A stretch of 64,000 bases of DNA, taken from NCBI GenBank assembly GCA_043228905.1, contig JBHGNT010000013.1:13516001-13580000 (forward strand), in the 5' to 3' direction. Position 1 is the stretch's first letter. Each line of letters starts with the position of its first letter. The notes under the pieces are model-generated. The model was not told where the DNA came from. It saw only the letters and a list, made by a program, of their open reading frames with translations, and ran no database searches. The DNA is from Azolla caroliniana (Eukaryota > Plantae > Polypodiophyta). Made by a program: the position numbers and the translations under genes. Positions 11,726-23,500 of this stretch are shown here, in pieces.

Positions 11726-14700
11726 ATGGATAGAGGCATGGCGAGTTCGCTTCCAATAGAGAAGCTCGACAGAACCAACTACGCGTCTTGGTCCTACAAG
11801 ATGCTCTAGTACTTGCTCGGGCACGGCTACTGGAGTTATGTTGAAGGAGCTAATGACGCGGCACCCGAATCGACACACAGAGACTTCCCGTCGTGGGAGC
11901 AATCGGCGAGCAGGGTATTATACTGCTTTGCGTCGTGTGTGGGGGAACAACTATTGAGCTATGTTCAGGATGCAAAGACGCCAAAGGGTGCGTGGGAAAA
12001 TCTGAAGAAGATTTTCACCGCGAGCACCACAGCCAGGAAGCTTCAGCTCCGACAAGAGTTGAGCAACCTACGACAACGCAACTTGTCGGTGGCGGACTAT
12101 ACCTCGAAGATCAAGGATATTTGCGACTCTCTCGCCTCCATAGAGGTGAACATCGAGGAGAGTGAGATGGTCCAGATCTGTCTCGGAGGTTTGGCGTTGA
12201 AGTTTGGAGCGTTCCGAATGGCTGTGTGTACTTGGGAGAATATGCCGTCCTTTTTTGACTTACAGTCAATGCTCCTGGTAGAGGAGAACCATGCGGGTGC
12301 GTCTACAAGCACGCACACCGACAGCAGTACACGGAGGGAGATAGGCCCCGTGGACGTGGAGGACGAGGCGAGTCAGCGCGCAATGGAGGCGGCCGACGAG
12401 ATCAAGGAAGAAGGCATCGAAGTGATGCCGACAGCAACTCCGGACCCTCCGGAAACAGGGGGAGTCGAAGCGATGAGAACCGGCAAGGGAAGGCCATCGC
12501 AGAGTGCTGGTACTGTGGCAAGAAAGGCCACAAGGAAAGTGAGTGCTGGAAGAAGCGCGCCGATTCGGAGAGAACCGGTTCCGGAAACGGCTCTGGACAT
12601 ACCGACAAGGGAAATCGGCAGCGATCGCACTACGTCGAAGACTCCGGGAGAGCCGGAGAAGGGTCTGCCTTCGTGACGAGACACGAAGCAAACTCAATGA
12701 AACGGACCACCCCGAGATCGGACGAGGTGTGGTACGTAGACTCTGGCGCGTCAAACCACATGACGAGCCATAAGGAGTGGTTCTCGTACCTTGAAAAACC
12801 GATACAACCTGAAGTAGTCGCAACTGGAGACGACACTCCGCATCCGATCGCGAATGTCGGAGAAGTTCCCCTTAGCCATGTCGGGCAGAAAGGGAAACTC
12901 ATGAACGTGCTGCACGTTCTGACAATTACGAAGAACTTGGTCTCGGTCGGACAGATCATCAACCAAGGGATGGAGGTTCGGTTTACGCACCTCAGGTGCT
13001 TCATTGAGGAAGAAGGCTGTGTGATTGCGCAAGGGCGCAAAGACGGGAGGATGTTCATCCTCGACTCCACTGACGGCGGCATCGCAATGTTCGCGAAGGG
13101 ACAAAAATCCGAGTCGGACATCGACTTGTGGCACAAGCTGATAGGCCACGTCAACTACCAGCGGCTTCAAGATCTGCAATCGAAACAGGTAGTGTTCGGA
13201 TTGCCCAAATTTAGTGGCCGAAAGGCACAAATTTGTGAAGCCTGCCAGCTCGGGAAGCAACACCGACTTCCTTTCCCCAACGAGCGAAATCGGAGCCGGA
13301 ACAAGCTCGACCTTATACACTCCGATGTATGGGGGCCAGCACAAAATGTTAATCTTGGCGGGAGCCGATATTTCGTCTCCTTCATCGACGACCACACGCG
13401 GCACACGTGGATCTACCTCATTGAGAGGAAGAGCGAATTCTTCGACTGTTTCTGGGACCTCAAAGGGTTCGTGGAAACAGAAACGGGACGAAAGATCAAG
13501 TGCCTGTGGTCGGATGGCGAGAAAGAGTACTTTTCTGGTCAATTCAACGGTTATCTACAACAAATGGGAATTCGGCGCGAATTCAGTTGTAGATACACGC
13601 TGGAGCAGAACGGCGTGGCCGAGAGGAAGAATCGGTCAGTTGTGGAAGCGGCACATGCAATGCTGGAGGAGAAAAGCTTGCCCAAGTTCTACTGGGCCGA
13701 GGCGGTAAGGACCGCGGTATACATCCAGAACCGGATCGGAGACAAAGTGTCGGCGCACGAGCTATATTTCGGAACCAAGCCGAACTTGCGACACTTGAGG
13801 GTGTTCGGTTGCATTGCGTATGTGCATGTACCGAAGGAGAAAAGGAGGAAGCTGGATGCAAAGGCCGAGAAATGCATCTTGGTCGGTTACTCAAATGAGC
13901 AGAAGGGTTATAAGTGCTATAACCCTTGTACCAAACAAGCGCGTGTTAGCCGCGACGTTGTGTTTGACGAGTCCGCGTCCTGGTACCAGCCCCCGACTCC
14001 GAACCCCGACTCCAATCCGAGTTCTGACGATGAGGTCAGCGAGGCCGAGATGCCTCCGGATGATCCCGAAATCGAGACTTGCCAAGAGAGTCCGATTTCA
14101 CTCCGTTTAAGTGGACCGATTGGGCGACTGAGTCGATACGATCAGTCCGATGAAGAGCCGACGAGTAGTGGAGACTCGGCCGTGCATTCCCCGCGCAGGA
14201 AGCCGAGGAGACGGCTTACGCGCAAAGAGAAAGGGAAGAAGAAGGTGTCGGATTCCGGCACGGATAGGAACGAGTCAGACCAACGCGAGTCCGACTCCGA
14301 GGGAACCGGTGACGGGTCTTTAAAGGTGAAGTCCGCGTCGAACGAGAACGCCTCAACATCGGCTAATGTGAGATTACGCTGATCTGCCCGCCAGAAGAAC
14401 CCTGTTTTGCGGTTCGGATACAACGAGTACATGGCGCATCATTATGCGTACATGACCTGTATAACGGAAGTGCGTGAGCCGGAGAGTTACGCAGAAGCGG
14501 CGAAGGACGCGAATTGGCACGCTGCGATAGAGGAAGAGATGCACGTATTGGCGGGGAACGAGACCTGGGACCTGGTTGACGCACCGAAGGGTGTGAAGCC
14601 GATCGGGTGTAGGTGGGTGTACAAAGTCAAGTACAACACCGATGGCTCGGTCAACCGGTACAAGGCTCGGCTAGTGGCAAAGGGCTACGCATAGAAACAC

Positions 14701-16136
14701 AGCATTGACTACGATGAGACGTTTGCACTGGTCGCGAAAATGATGACCGTCTGTGTTTTGCTCGCAGTAGCTGCGGTGAAGGGGTGGCACTTACATCAGA
14801 TGGATGTAAAGAATGCGTTCCTGCAAGGTGACCTTGAGGAACAGGTGTACATGGTACAACCACCCGGATTTCACTCTGGAACGAACTCCTCGGCAGTATG
14901 CCGACTGAAGAAGTCCCTTTACGGACTGAAGCAAGCCCCGCGTGCCGGGAACGCGATGATCACGCAACAACTGCGTCGGATGGGCTTCGTCACGACAAAA
15001 TCGGACTCTTCCCTGTTCATCCGGAAAGGTCGACTCGGACCGGTTAGTATTTTACTATACGTTGATGACTTGGTCATCACCGACGCCGACCTAGGTGAAA
15101 TCGACCGCGTGAAGCTCCAGCTTGCGGCATCGTTCGACATGAAGGATCTGGGGGACCTTCATTACTTCGTCGGGATCGAAGTGATCCGTACCCCCGAAGA
15201 CATATTGATCAGCCAACGTCATTACGTGCTGAGTATGCTCTTCAAATTCGGGATGGCCGACTGTAAGTCCGTCTCGACTCCTTTGGACAGAACTGTCAAG
15301 CTTCGTCCCGATACGGGAAAGGTATGCGAAACGACGAGGTTCCGACAAATTGTCGGAAGCCTCATATACTTTACCATCACCCGACCCGACCTCAGTTATC
15401 TGGTCGGAGTGATCAGTCAGTTCATGGCGCGACCTACCGAGGAGCACCTTTAGTGTGCGCAACGCATACTTCGGTATGTCAATGGCACTAAGGACCGAGG
15501 ACTGCTATATCGGACCAATGCAGCCGTGCAGTTAGTCGGCTACACCGATGCTGATTGGGCTGGCAACGCCGCCGATCATCGATCCACGTCCGGATACGCG
15601 TTCTCCCTCAGGAGTGCCGCGATCGCGTGGAGCAGTAAGAAGCAGCCGACAGTTGCGCTGTCAAGCACCGAAGCTGAGTACCGAGGAGCAGCTGTCGCGA
15701 ATGCGAAGCCATATGGTTGAAGCGGCTACTTAAGGACCTGCAAGAGGAGGTGTCAAATCCGACGACGATCTACTGTGACAACCTCAGCAGCATCCAGCTT
15801 GCGAAAAACCCCGTTTTCCATGCACGGACCAAGCACATTGAGGTGCACTACCATTTCGTTCGTGAGCGTGTCCTTTCCGGTGAAGTTGAACTTCAATACG
15901 TTCTGACGGATCGGCAGACTGCCGACATCTTCACCAAGCCTCTTGGTCTGGACAAGTTGCGGCAATTCTCCGGTGCGCTCGGATTGCGTCACCTCGATGT
16001 GCCAAACTTGAGGGGGAGAACAGCCCCGAACGACCAAGACTACGACACCGAGTCGGTTGACTCGGATGTCGAGTTCGACTTCGGATCGGCTGAAGAAGCC
16101 GAGGGCGGACCCGCGGAAAAGTCTGGAAGCGGATAG
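11726..16136 (+). pseudogene. Copia-2 gag-pol with several stops and frameshifts
   Basis: CWYCGKKGHKESEC knuckle, WYVDSGASNHM, EQNGVAERKNR, LYVDDL, RTKHIEVHYHF. Confidence 0.93.
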
Positions 16137-16523
16137 AAGGGGAGCAGCTGAAGGAGAGAGCCTAAGCCAACCACGCATGGGGAAGATGACGCCATCGAGG
16201 ACGAGAAGACCGAAGACAAGTTGGAGACAACCAACTCGGATGAGAGCGAAAACCGATCGGAGGTAGCCGAGTTGGTTCGGATGTTTGATTTAGATATGCT
16301 GAATCAACCGAGGCCCAAGCGGAAGAAAAGGCAGCAGGAGAAGTGTCAACACCGCAACAGTAGAAGAGTTGATAAGGGCCACATGAGCAGACAAGCCGAC
16401 CGAAAAGGTCGAAGCACGTGGAGTCGAACAGGTCGTGCAGCGCGAGCGAGGCGTGAAGCCAGGAGGAACCGGAGTTGTGAGCCCGAAGATCCCGAAGACC
16501 CTCAAGTTGAGCTTGAGGGGGAG

Positions 16524-16954
16524 TGTTGAGAGACAAGCTCAACATCGACCGGATCGGCTGAAGAAGCTGAGGACCGGATCGGTTGGGACCGATCGGTTAG
16601 GCCGAATGCGTAAACCGGTACGCAGATCGGTGCGTAGGTAGGGCCGGATCGGTGCGTAAACCGGGAGGCCGTTAGGAAAGATATTCTATGAGGAATATAT
16701 TTGGGAGTTAGTGTAGGAGCTCTTAATGAGCATTGAAGTACTGTCAGTACTTCGGTCAGTCCTTCTAGGACTTGTATAAAAGTGTTCATTGAACACACAT
16801 ATGTAGAGAGTTGTGAATATAGTTCTTGTGTTTTCTCTCTCTCACTCCCTCTGTCTCTCCCACGTATATTGCATAAGCTCAAGCTCTCCATTAAACTTGA
16901 GTTTTCTTCCTTCTGTTCGGTCTTCATACTTGCTTCCGCACGCTACTTTTTACA
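16524..16954 (+). repeat. Copia-2 3' LTR
   Basis: Direct repeat of 11225-11653, followed by TSD GAGCC. Confidence 0.95.
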
Positions 16955-16959
16955 GAGCC

Positions 16960-17435
16960 ATATGTAGCATTTATGTTCATCATTTTTTATGATTGACACA
17001 TATTTCTTTATTTCCTTCTCAATCAAACATACCACCTCTCCTTGCCCTCTTCTTTGTCTTGGATTTTTCTTCCACATCAAAGAGCGTACATTATAGTTTC
17101 CTAAACCTTGAATCCTTTGAGTATCATGCTCCCATGTTTCAACAAGAAGTGTGATATCCGAGTCATTGGTGAACTCCTCTATGCCAAATCCCACATTCCA
17201 TGGGTATCCATTGCAATTCTAAAAGCATAGTTGTAAAAGGCGTGGGTTAGTCTCATAGGTCACGTGTCCCTATTTGCCTACATTTCCATCTTTAGGCACA
17301 TCCTTAACCTTATTTTTCAATCTTTCTTCATATGCTTTACGATGAGCATTTTGTTGTGAGATAGTACGATCATCACTCACAAAGAATTGCGTACCTTTGA
17401 GGTATACCCAACTATTTTCGAGTATGATTTGCTGT
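16960..17435 (-). pseudogene. LINE ORF1 C-terminus (stop TAG at 17272-17270) followed in frame by the start of the ORF2 endonuclease
   Basis: LKGTQFFVSDDRT...GK-stop-GHVTYETNPRLLQLCF(W>stop)NCNG...LVETW. Confidence 0.85.
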
Positions 17436-17932
17436 TGTCGTGAAGAATTTCGGCCAGAGGCGGAAACAGGGAAACATTGGCTACATCGGCGGGGTGCAGC
17501 GTGTGTACACACCCATGTACATTTAGTGTGAATATCGAGGGCGCCTTTATGGCGCTGAAGAGTAGTCAAGTCGGGGCAGACGATCCCATGTAAGACGAAA
17601 TTTGTCCCACATTGTAACGCATCCCTTTCCTTGTTCTATAAAAGGAAGGGAACACCCTTTGTGAAGGGGTTGCCCATTTTGCCTTAGAGGGTATACCGTT
17701 AGGTTTAGAGTTAGCTTCTTCTTCTTCTTCTTCTCCTTCATGTTCGCTTAGGGCTTGCTTCAGCTCATCTCCCGCGCAAGACCCCGGTCGGCGTGACGAA
17801 GCCGGGAATGTATTCTTCTTTTTATGTATATATATACGTTTGCGTCTGTCTGTGTATATTCGCGTCTTCGTTGGTGTTGGGTGCTTCCCCTTTCCTGCAC
17901 TTCCTGTACTTAAGGGTGTGAGTCGGGTTGGC

Positions 17933-17979
<47 letters not shown>

Positions 17980-19444
17980 AGTGAGTGTGCATGAGTCGGT
18001 GTTAAGCGCTCTCTCTCTCTCTCTCTCTCTATATGCAGATGATGTAGTGCTTTTTGCAAATACTTTAGGAGATGCACAAAAGCTTATGAAGGCATTGGAA
18101 AAATTTTGCATGTATACTAAATTAAGTGTCAATAGCTCTAAAACAAAGATTATGCTTGTGAAGAGCCAAAAAAGAGATAAACCATGCATTATGTACAACA
18201 ATGAGCCACTTGAATGTGTGGAAAGCTTCAAATATCTTGGCCTTGAAGTTCCTTCAAATCATAGATGGAATGAATGTGCTACACGCCGCTTAGAGGTGGG
18301 CAAGCGAGCATACTATGCATTTGAGAACACATGCAATCTTGGAGATATTAAGTGTTGGGTCCTCAAGAAATATCTTTTCGACACTTTGGTGACACCGGTT
18401 CTTCTCTATGGGGTGGAAGTATGGGGCGGTAGCATCCCTAAATCTATGCGGAAAGAGTTTGAAAATGTCCAAAAGCATTTTCTTACCAAGTTTCTACAAG
18501 TTAAGAAACAAACGCCCTACACCCTCCTCCTCCTTGAGACGGGATCGCTTCCCATTGAGATCATGGCCATGGAAAGGGTTGTTGAATACATGCTTAAGGT
18601 TCAGAAAAGTCCCTCACATCGACTTCCTAGAATTGCTTGGGAAGCAAGCAAAAAGATCCAAAAGACGCATAAAAGCAAAATTTTGTGTTCCGGTTGGATG
18701 CAAGATATAGAAAAATGGTTTGGTAGATGGGATGCGAGACACTTGCTTCATGATGCATCATTAGATTCCTCTGTAAATGAGGCATTTTTGCAACGCCAAT
18801 GTATCATGACATGGGACAAATGTGGAGGCTCACGCTTCACACATTATACTACACATGTTGCACCTAACTACAAAACCATATTCTTCGTGGAACGGGGAAA
18901 TCGTACACATCCATACATGTTAGAGCCCATACCATTATCTTCCATTCGAACCATTGCTTCCATGCGAATTAGCTCACATGCATTGCGATGTGAAACAGGG
19001 CGTTGGGGTACAAGTGATGAGAGTGGTCGGTTATGCGCACTTTGCCCTAAACAAGTTCGCGAGTCTGAGTATCACACTTTGATACAATGCTCTGCCTTTG
19101 ATCATATTCGACCATGCTTTACACATCTCTTCGATCGAGCCCAATCTTTGCATGAATTCCTCTCACAACCACAATGTGCACTCTCGATTGCAACATTCAT
19201 TGGTAAAGTTCTTGAACATCGAGAGTCACTACTCACTTTCACACATATCACGTGAAATGTAATATTTTTGGTCTCATAGGTCATATTTGACCTCCGAAGA
19301 CGATAATATAATCTATCTATCTATCTATCTCTCTTCGGTTGCTTCCGGTGTGCGGTGAAGCACGACTTCCTACGCTGCATCACTCTCTAGTCCAAGACCC
19401 TCATGGTCCCGCCTTTCTCCACGCACGCGCGTAACTACGCGACA
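17436..19444 (+). repeat. 5' LTR of the gag-only Gypsy, with a 1.3-kb LINE insertion, two short deletions and (GT)n/(CT)n tracts
   Basis: Aligns with 28339-29120 on both sides of the insert. Confidence 0.9.
18029..19330 (+). mobile_element. 5'-truncated young copy of the same RTEX-like LINE, with a (CTAT)n tail
   Basis: Open frame from LYADD to the stop at 19255, nearly identical to 3350-3860 (reverse). C-terminal LRCETGRW..CALC..ESEYH..C motif, short 3' UTR and tetranucleotide tail. Confidence 0.92.
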
Positions 19445-19448
19445 TATT

Positions 19449-19466
19449 TGGTGAACCCGACGTGAA
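19449..19466 (+). promoter_or_regulatory. Primer binding site, tRNA-Trp type
   Basis: TGGTGAACCCGACGTGAA is complementary to the plant tRNA-Trp(CCA) 3' end as recalled (TTCACGTCGGGTTCACCA); 4-nt spacer after the LTR. Confidence 0.8.
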
Positions 19467-20258
19467 AGGCGGCGAGGGAGGATGGAGTCGGAAGACGACG
19501 ACCTTGCGGAGATGGTGGTCGAAGTGGTGTTGGAGTCGGCACAAGTGGTGATGAGGCGAGAAGCAGCGCAACAAGCGGTTGAGCAAGTGGTCGAAAGAGT
19601 CGGTCGTTTCAACGGGAACAAAGTCCAATCTTACTTGGAAGCCTACAACGCGGAAATGGAGGAGCGTGGCGTAGACGAGGCGTTGAGGCTGGAATTCTTT
19701 TGCCGGGTCGTAGCTGTCCGGAGGCATGCGGAAGTAAAGGAGCTCCGTGAGGCTCATAGTTCGTGGGAGGCCTTCAAAGAGGCGCTCCTGAATGACGGGA
19801 ACTCAAGGCTCCTTATGTCCAACACTCGGCCACAACCGAACTGCTTTTCATACGCAGAAAACGGGAAACAAATCAACGACACAGTGGAGAGGAAAAATAA
19901 TAATACACAGGAGGTTTACGTGGAAAACCCCAAACTAGGGGAAAAACCACGGCAGCCCACAGGCTGCAAACTGTCACTATGTGAGAATGTACAACAGTGA
20001 GTTCACTGAGGCAGCGACCTCGTGCTCACAGATCTTCGCCACACGCGGCGGTTACAACAGAGGCAACGACCTCTTTCTCTCTCTCTCTCTCTGTACACTA
20101 TTACGTGCTCTCTCTTCTTCTTGTACCAACAAAGAAAAATGACAACAACAGTTACTAAAAGTTTGCCCTAAGTCATATTTATACTAATATGACTTTTCGG
20201 CTATTTACAAATGTAGCCTCGATGGGCTCTCAGAAACATATTTACGAATATGTCTCTT

Positions 20259-20530
20259 CATCCGGTTCTCACCGGGTCTGTACCATCCGGCTCTCCGTAG
20301 CTGGGTACTCCTCATCCGGTTCATACCGGGCCTGCACCATCCGGCTCTCCGTAGCCGGGTACTCCTCATCCGGTTCATACCAGGCCTGCACCATCCGGCT
20401 CTCCATAGTCGGGTACTCCTCATCCGGTTCATACCGGGCCTGCACCATCCGGCTCTCCGTAGCCGAGTACTCCTCATCCGGTTCATACCGGGTCTACACC
20501 ATCCGGCTCTCCGTAGCCGAGTCCTCCTCA
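20259..20530. repeat. Five 54-bp CCGG-rich tandem repeats in the Copia-3 3' LTR
   Basis: Unit CATCCGGTTCATACCGGGCCTGCACCATCCGGCTCTCCGTAGCCGGGTACTCCT; visible as 18-aa periodicity in the ORF track. Confidence 0.92.
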
Positions 20531-20596
20531 TACGGTTTCGGCACTGTTCTTCTTCCTTCGCATCCGGAGGGACTTGTTTCCCAACAAACTCCCCCT

Positions 20597-23500
20597 TCAC
20601 GCCGGCATGGGGTGTCTTACCAGCCCGATCTTCTTCCGGCATGCGTTCAGCTTGTCGGGTGTCAACACTTTGGTCAGCATATCTGACCCGTTCTCGGTCG
20701 TGTGGATCTTCGTCAGTGCGAACTCCTGGTCATCTACTCTTTCTCGGATCCAGTGATACCTCCGCTGGATATGCTTCGTCCAGGAATGGTAGGCCGCATT
20801 GTTAGCAAGGTGGATGGCACTTTGACTGTCGCAATAGAGTCGGTATTCCTCTTGCCGTTTACCGAGCTCTCCGATGAAGTCCTTCATCCATAAAATTTCC
20901 TTGCCGGCTTCCACAGCCGCCACGTACTCCGCCTCCGTGGTTGACAATGCAACTGTCTTCTGCAGCCTCAACTGCCACGAAACAACTCCCCCTGCATATG
21001 TCATTACATACCCGGATGTAGACCGACTGGTATCCACATCAGCTGACATGTCCAAATCGGTGAAACCGTCCAGTTGAAGTTTTCCAGAGCCGAATCGAAG
21101 ACACATATTTGAACTGCCCTTCAAATACCGGAGTATCCATTTGACCGCGTTCCAGTGCTCCTTGCCGGGATTGCTCATAAACCGGCTCACCACTCCGACT
21201 GCGTATCCTATGTCCGGTCGGGTACAAACCATTGCGTACATCAAGCTCCCGACGGCAGAGGCATATGGAATCTTCATCATATCCGCCTTCTCTGCTTTCG
21301 TCTTTGGGCTTTGCTTACCGGACAGCTTGCAGTTTGCCGGAAGTGTCGATCCGACCGGTTTTGCTTCTGACATGTTGAATCGGTGAAGCACCTTTGTCAC
21401 ATACTTCTCCTGTGATAGCCATAATTGCTTCACTAACTGGTCCCGAATGATGTGCATCCCCAACATCTGTCTTGCCGGACCCAAGTCTTTCATTGAGAAG
21501 GTCCGGTTGAGAGCCTTCTTCAGCATCCGTATTTTGACTTGGTCTCGTCCGACGATCAACATGTCATCCACGTACAGGAGGAGTATCAGGAAGTCCCCTC
21601 CTTCAAACTTCTTCACAAACACGCAGTGATCGGCCTGCGTCTTGTGGTACCCTTGATCGGTCATGAAGGAGTCGAACTTCCGGTACCATTGCCAGGGAGC
21701 CTGCTTCAGTCCGTACAGGCTCTTCTTCAACCGGCATACCAGGTGCTCCTTCCCTTTCTCCACAAATCCTTCCGGTTGCTACATGTAGATCTCCTCTTCG
21801 AGGTCGCCGTGAAGGAATGCCGTCTTCACGTCCAGCTGCTCTACCTCGAGGTCCATGCTTGCTGCTATACTTAGCACCGTCTGGATGGAGGTCATCTTTA
21901 CTACCGGGGCAAATATCTCGTCGAAGTCCATGACCTTCTTCTGCTGGAACCCCTTCACCACGATCCTGGCTTTGTATCTCGGGGGGTTGCCGGCATCTCC
22001 CGGTTTCAACTTGTACACCCACTTGTTTCGGAGTGCCCGCTTTCCTTTCGGCAACTCCACCAATTCATACGTATGGTTCTCATGCAGGGAATCCATCTCA
22101 TCCTGCATGGCACTTAACCATTTTCGGCGTTGGGTGTCTTCCTTCGCTTCTTTGAAGCTTTCCGGTTCCCCCTCATCGGTCAGCAGAACATGCTCTGCAT
22201 CCGAAAATCTCCGGGGCACCCTTCTCTCTCTGAGAGGATATCTACGTCTTCGGGCTTCGGTAACCGGCTCCTCCATTTGCTCTTCATCCGAATCCGATTC
22301 GGGGTCTTGGCCGGTTCCGGTCTCAGCTTCCTCTACTTCTTCTTCTGCCGGTTCGGTATCCTCACCGTAACCGGCTGGTTCCTCGAGTGCTAATTGGTCT
22401 CTTGCTGGTTGGGTCTGCTCTTCGTAGAGTCGATCCTTACCAGTCGACTTGGAGTTCATTATCTTCTTCTCCGACTCCCAGTTGGCGAGCGTCTTGTCCT
22501 CCATGAAGATAATATCTCGACTCCGGAATACCTTCTTGTCGACCGGGTCCCACACTCGGTAGCCGAACTCATCGTCACCGTAACCGAGGAATATGCATGG
22601 CCGGGTCTTTGGATCTAGCTTTCCTCTCCGGTCCTTAGCTACATGCACGTACGCGAGACACCCGAACACCTTCAGATGCCGGTAGGATACTTACTTACCG
22701 GTCCACACTCTCTGTGGCGTGTCTCCGTCCAAGGGTACTGAGGGTGATCTATTTATCACGTATGTCGCCGCCGACAGTGCCTCAGCCCAAAACTTCTTGG
22801 GTAGTTTTGCATGCGCTAGCATACTCCGGACCCTCTCCATTATGGTCCGGTTCATCCTCTCGGCTAGTCCCTTTAGTTTCGGCGTCTTCGACACGGTAAA
22901 TTCAAGCTGGATTCCCTTCGAGCGGCAGTACTCCTCGAACTACCCCCAGTATTCTCCTCCGTTGTCTGCTCGAACCGCCTTCAGCTTCCGGCCGGTTTCT
23001 CTTTCCACTCTCGCGTGGAGCTCTTTGAAGACGGATAACACCTGATCCTTCGTCTTCAGCGGTGTGGCCCACAGCCTCCGGCTGTGGTCATCTATGAACG
23101 TCACGAAGTACTGCGCTCCGGCATGTGACTTCGTGTCTACTTGACACACATCCGTATGCACCAACTCCAGTGGTGCATTACGTCTCATCGGTGGCCTTGG
23201 TCGGAAGGAGGTCCGGTTCTGCTTATCGGCCAGACATTCAGTGCACTTCTCTAAGTGCACGTTCTTCACTGGAATGAGGTTGTCTTCTGCAAGCCTCTTC
23301 ATCCCCTTCTCGCTCATGTGACACAACCTTTTGTGCCACAGCTCACCGGCAGTGTCGGATGCCACGTTCACTTCCTCCGGACATAACCGGGCATTCATCA
23401 GGTACAATGTGTTGACCCTTTGCTGAACTTCATGACCCCGTTCCGGATGCTACCCGTGTAGCCTTCATCATCTAGCCGACCGGCTGATATCAGGTTCAAA

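Larger units (their letters stand above)
11225..16954 (+). mobile_element. Ty1/Copia element 2, full length, related to Copia-1
   Basis: LTRs 11225-11653 and 16524-16954 (about 10 differences by eye), TSD GAGCC, PBS TGGTATCAGAGC at 11654, PPT GAGGGGGAG. Confidence 0.96.

Noticed and set aside
17270-17569. Junction-spanning ORFs as novel fusion genes (also 19482-20000, 29046-29345, 54586-54954, 62512-63039)
   Set aside because: Each is a chance in-frame join at a TSD-defined insertion boundary.
17981-18028. N-terminus of the 424-aa ORF as a real start
   Set aside because: It is translated LTR microsatellite; LINE homology begins at LYADD.
20259-20530. CRISPR-like regular repeats
   Set aside because: Head-to-tail 54-bp units with no unique spacers, inside both LTRs, and no cas genes.
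20189-20686. 18-aa repeat proteins in several frames (also 25056-25748)
   Set aside because: By-product of a stop-poor 54-bp repeat within LTRs; no other coding evidence.
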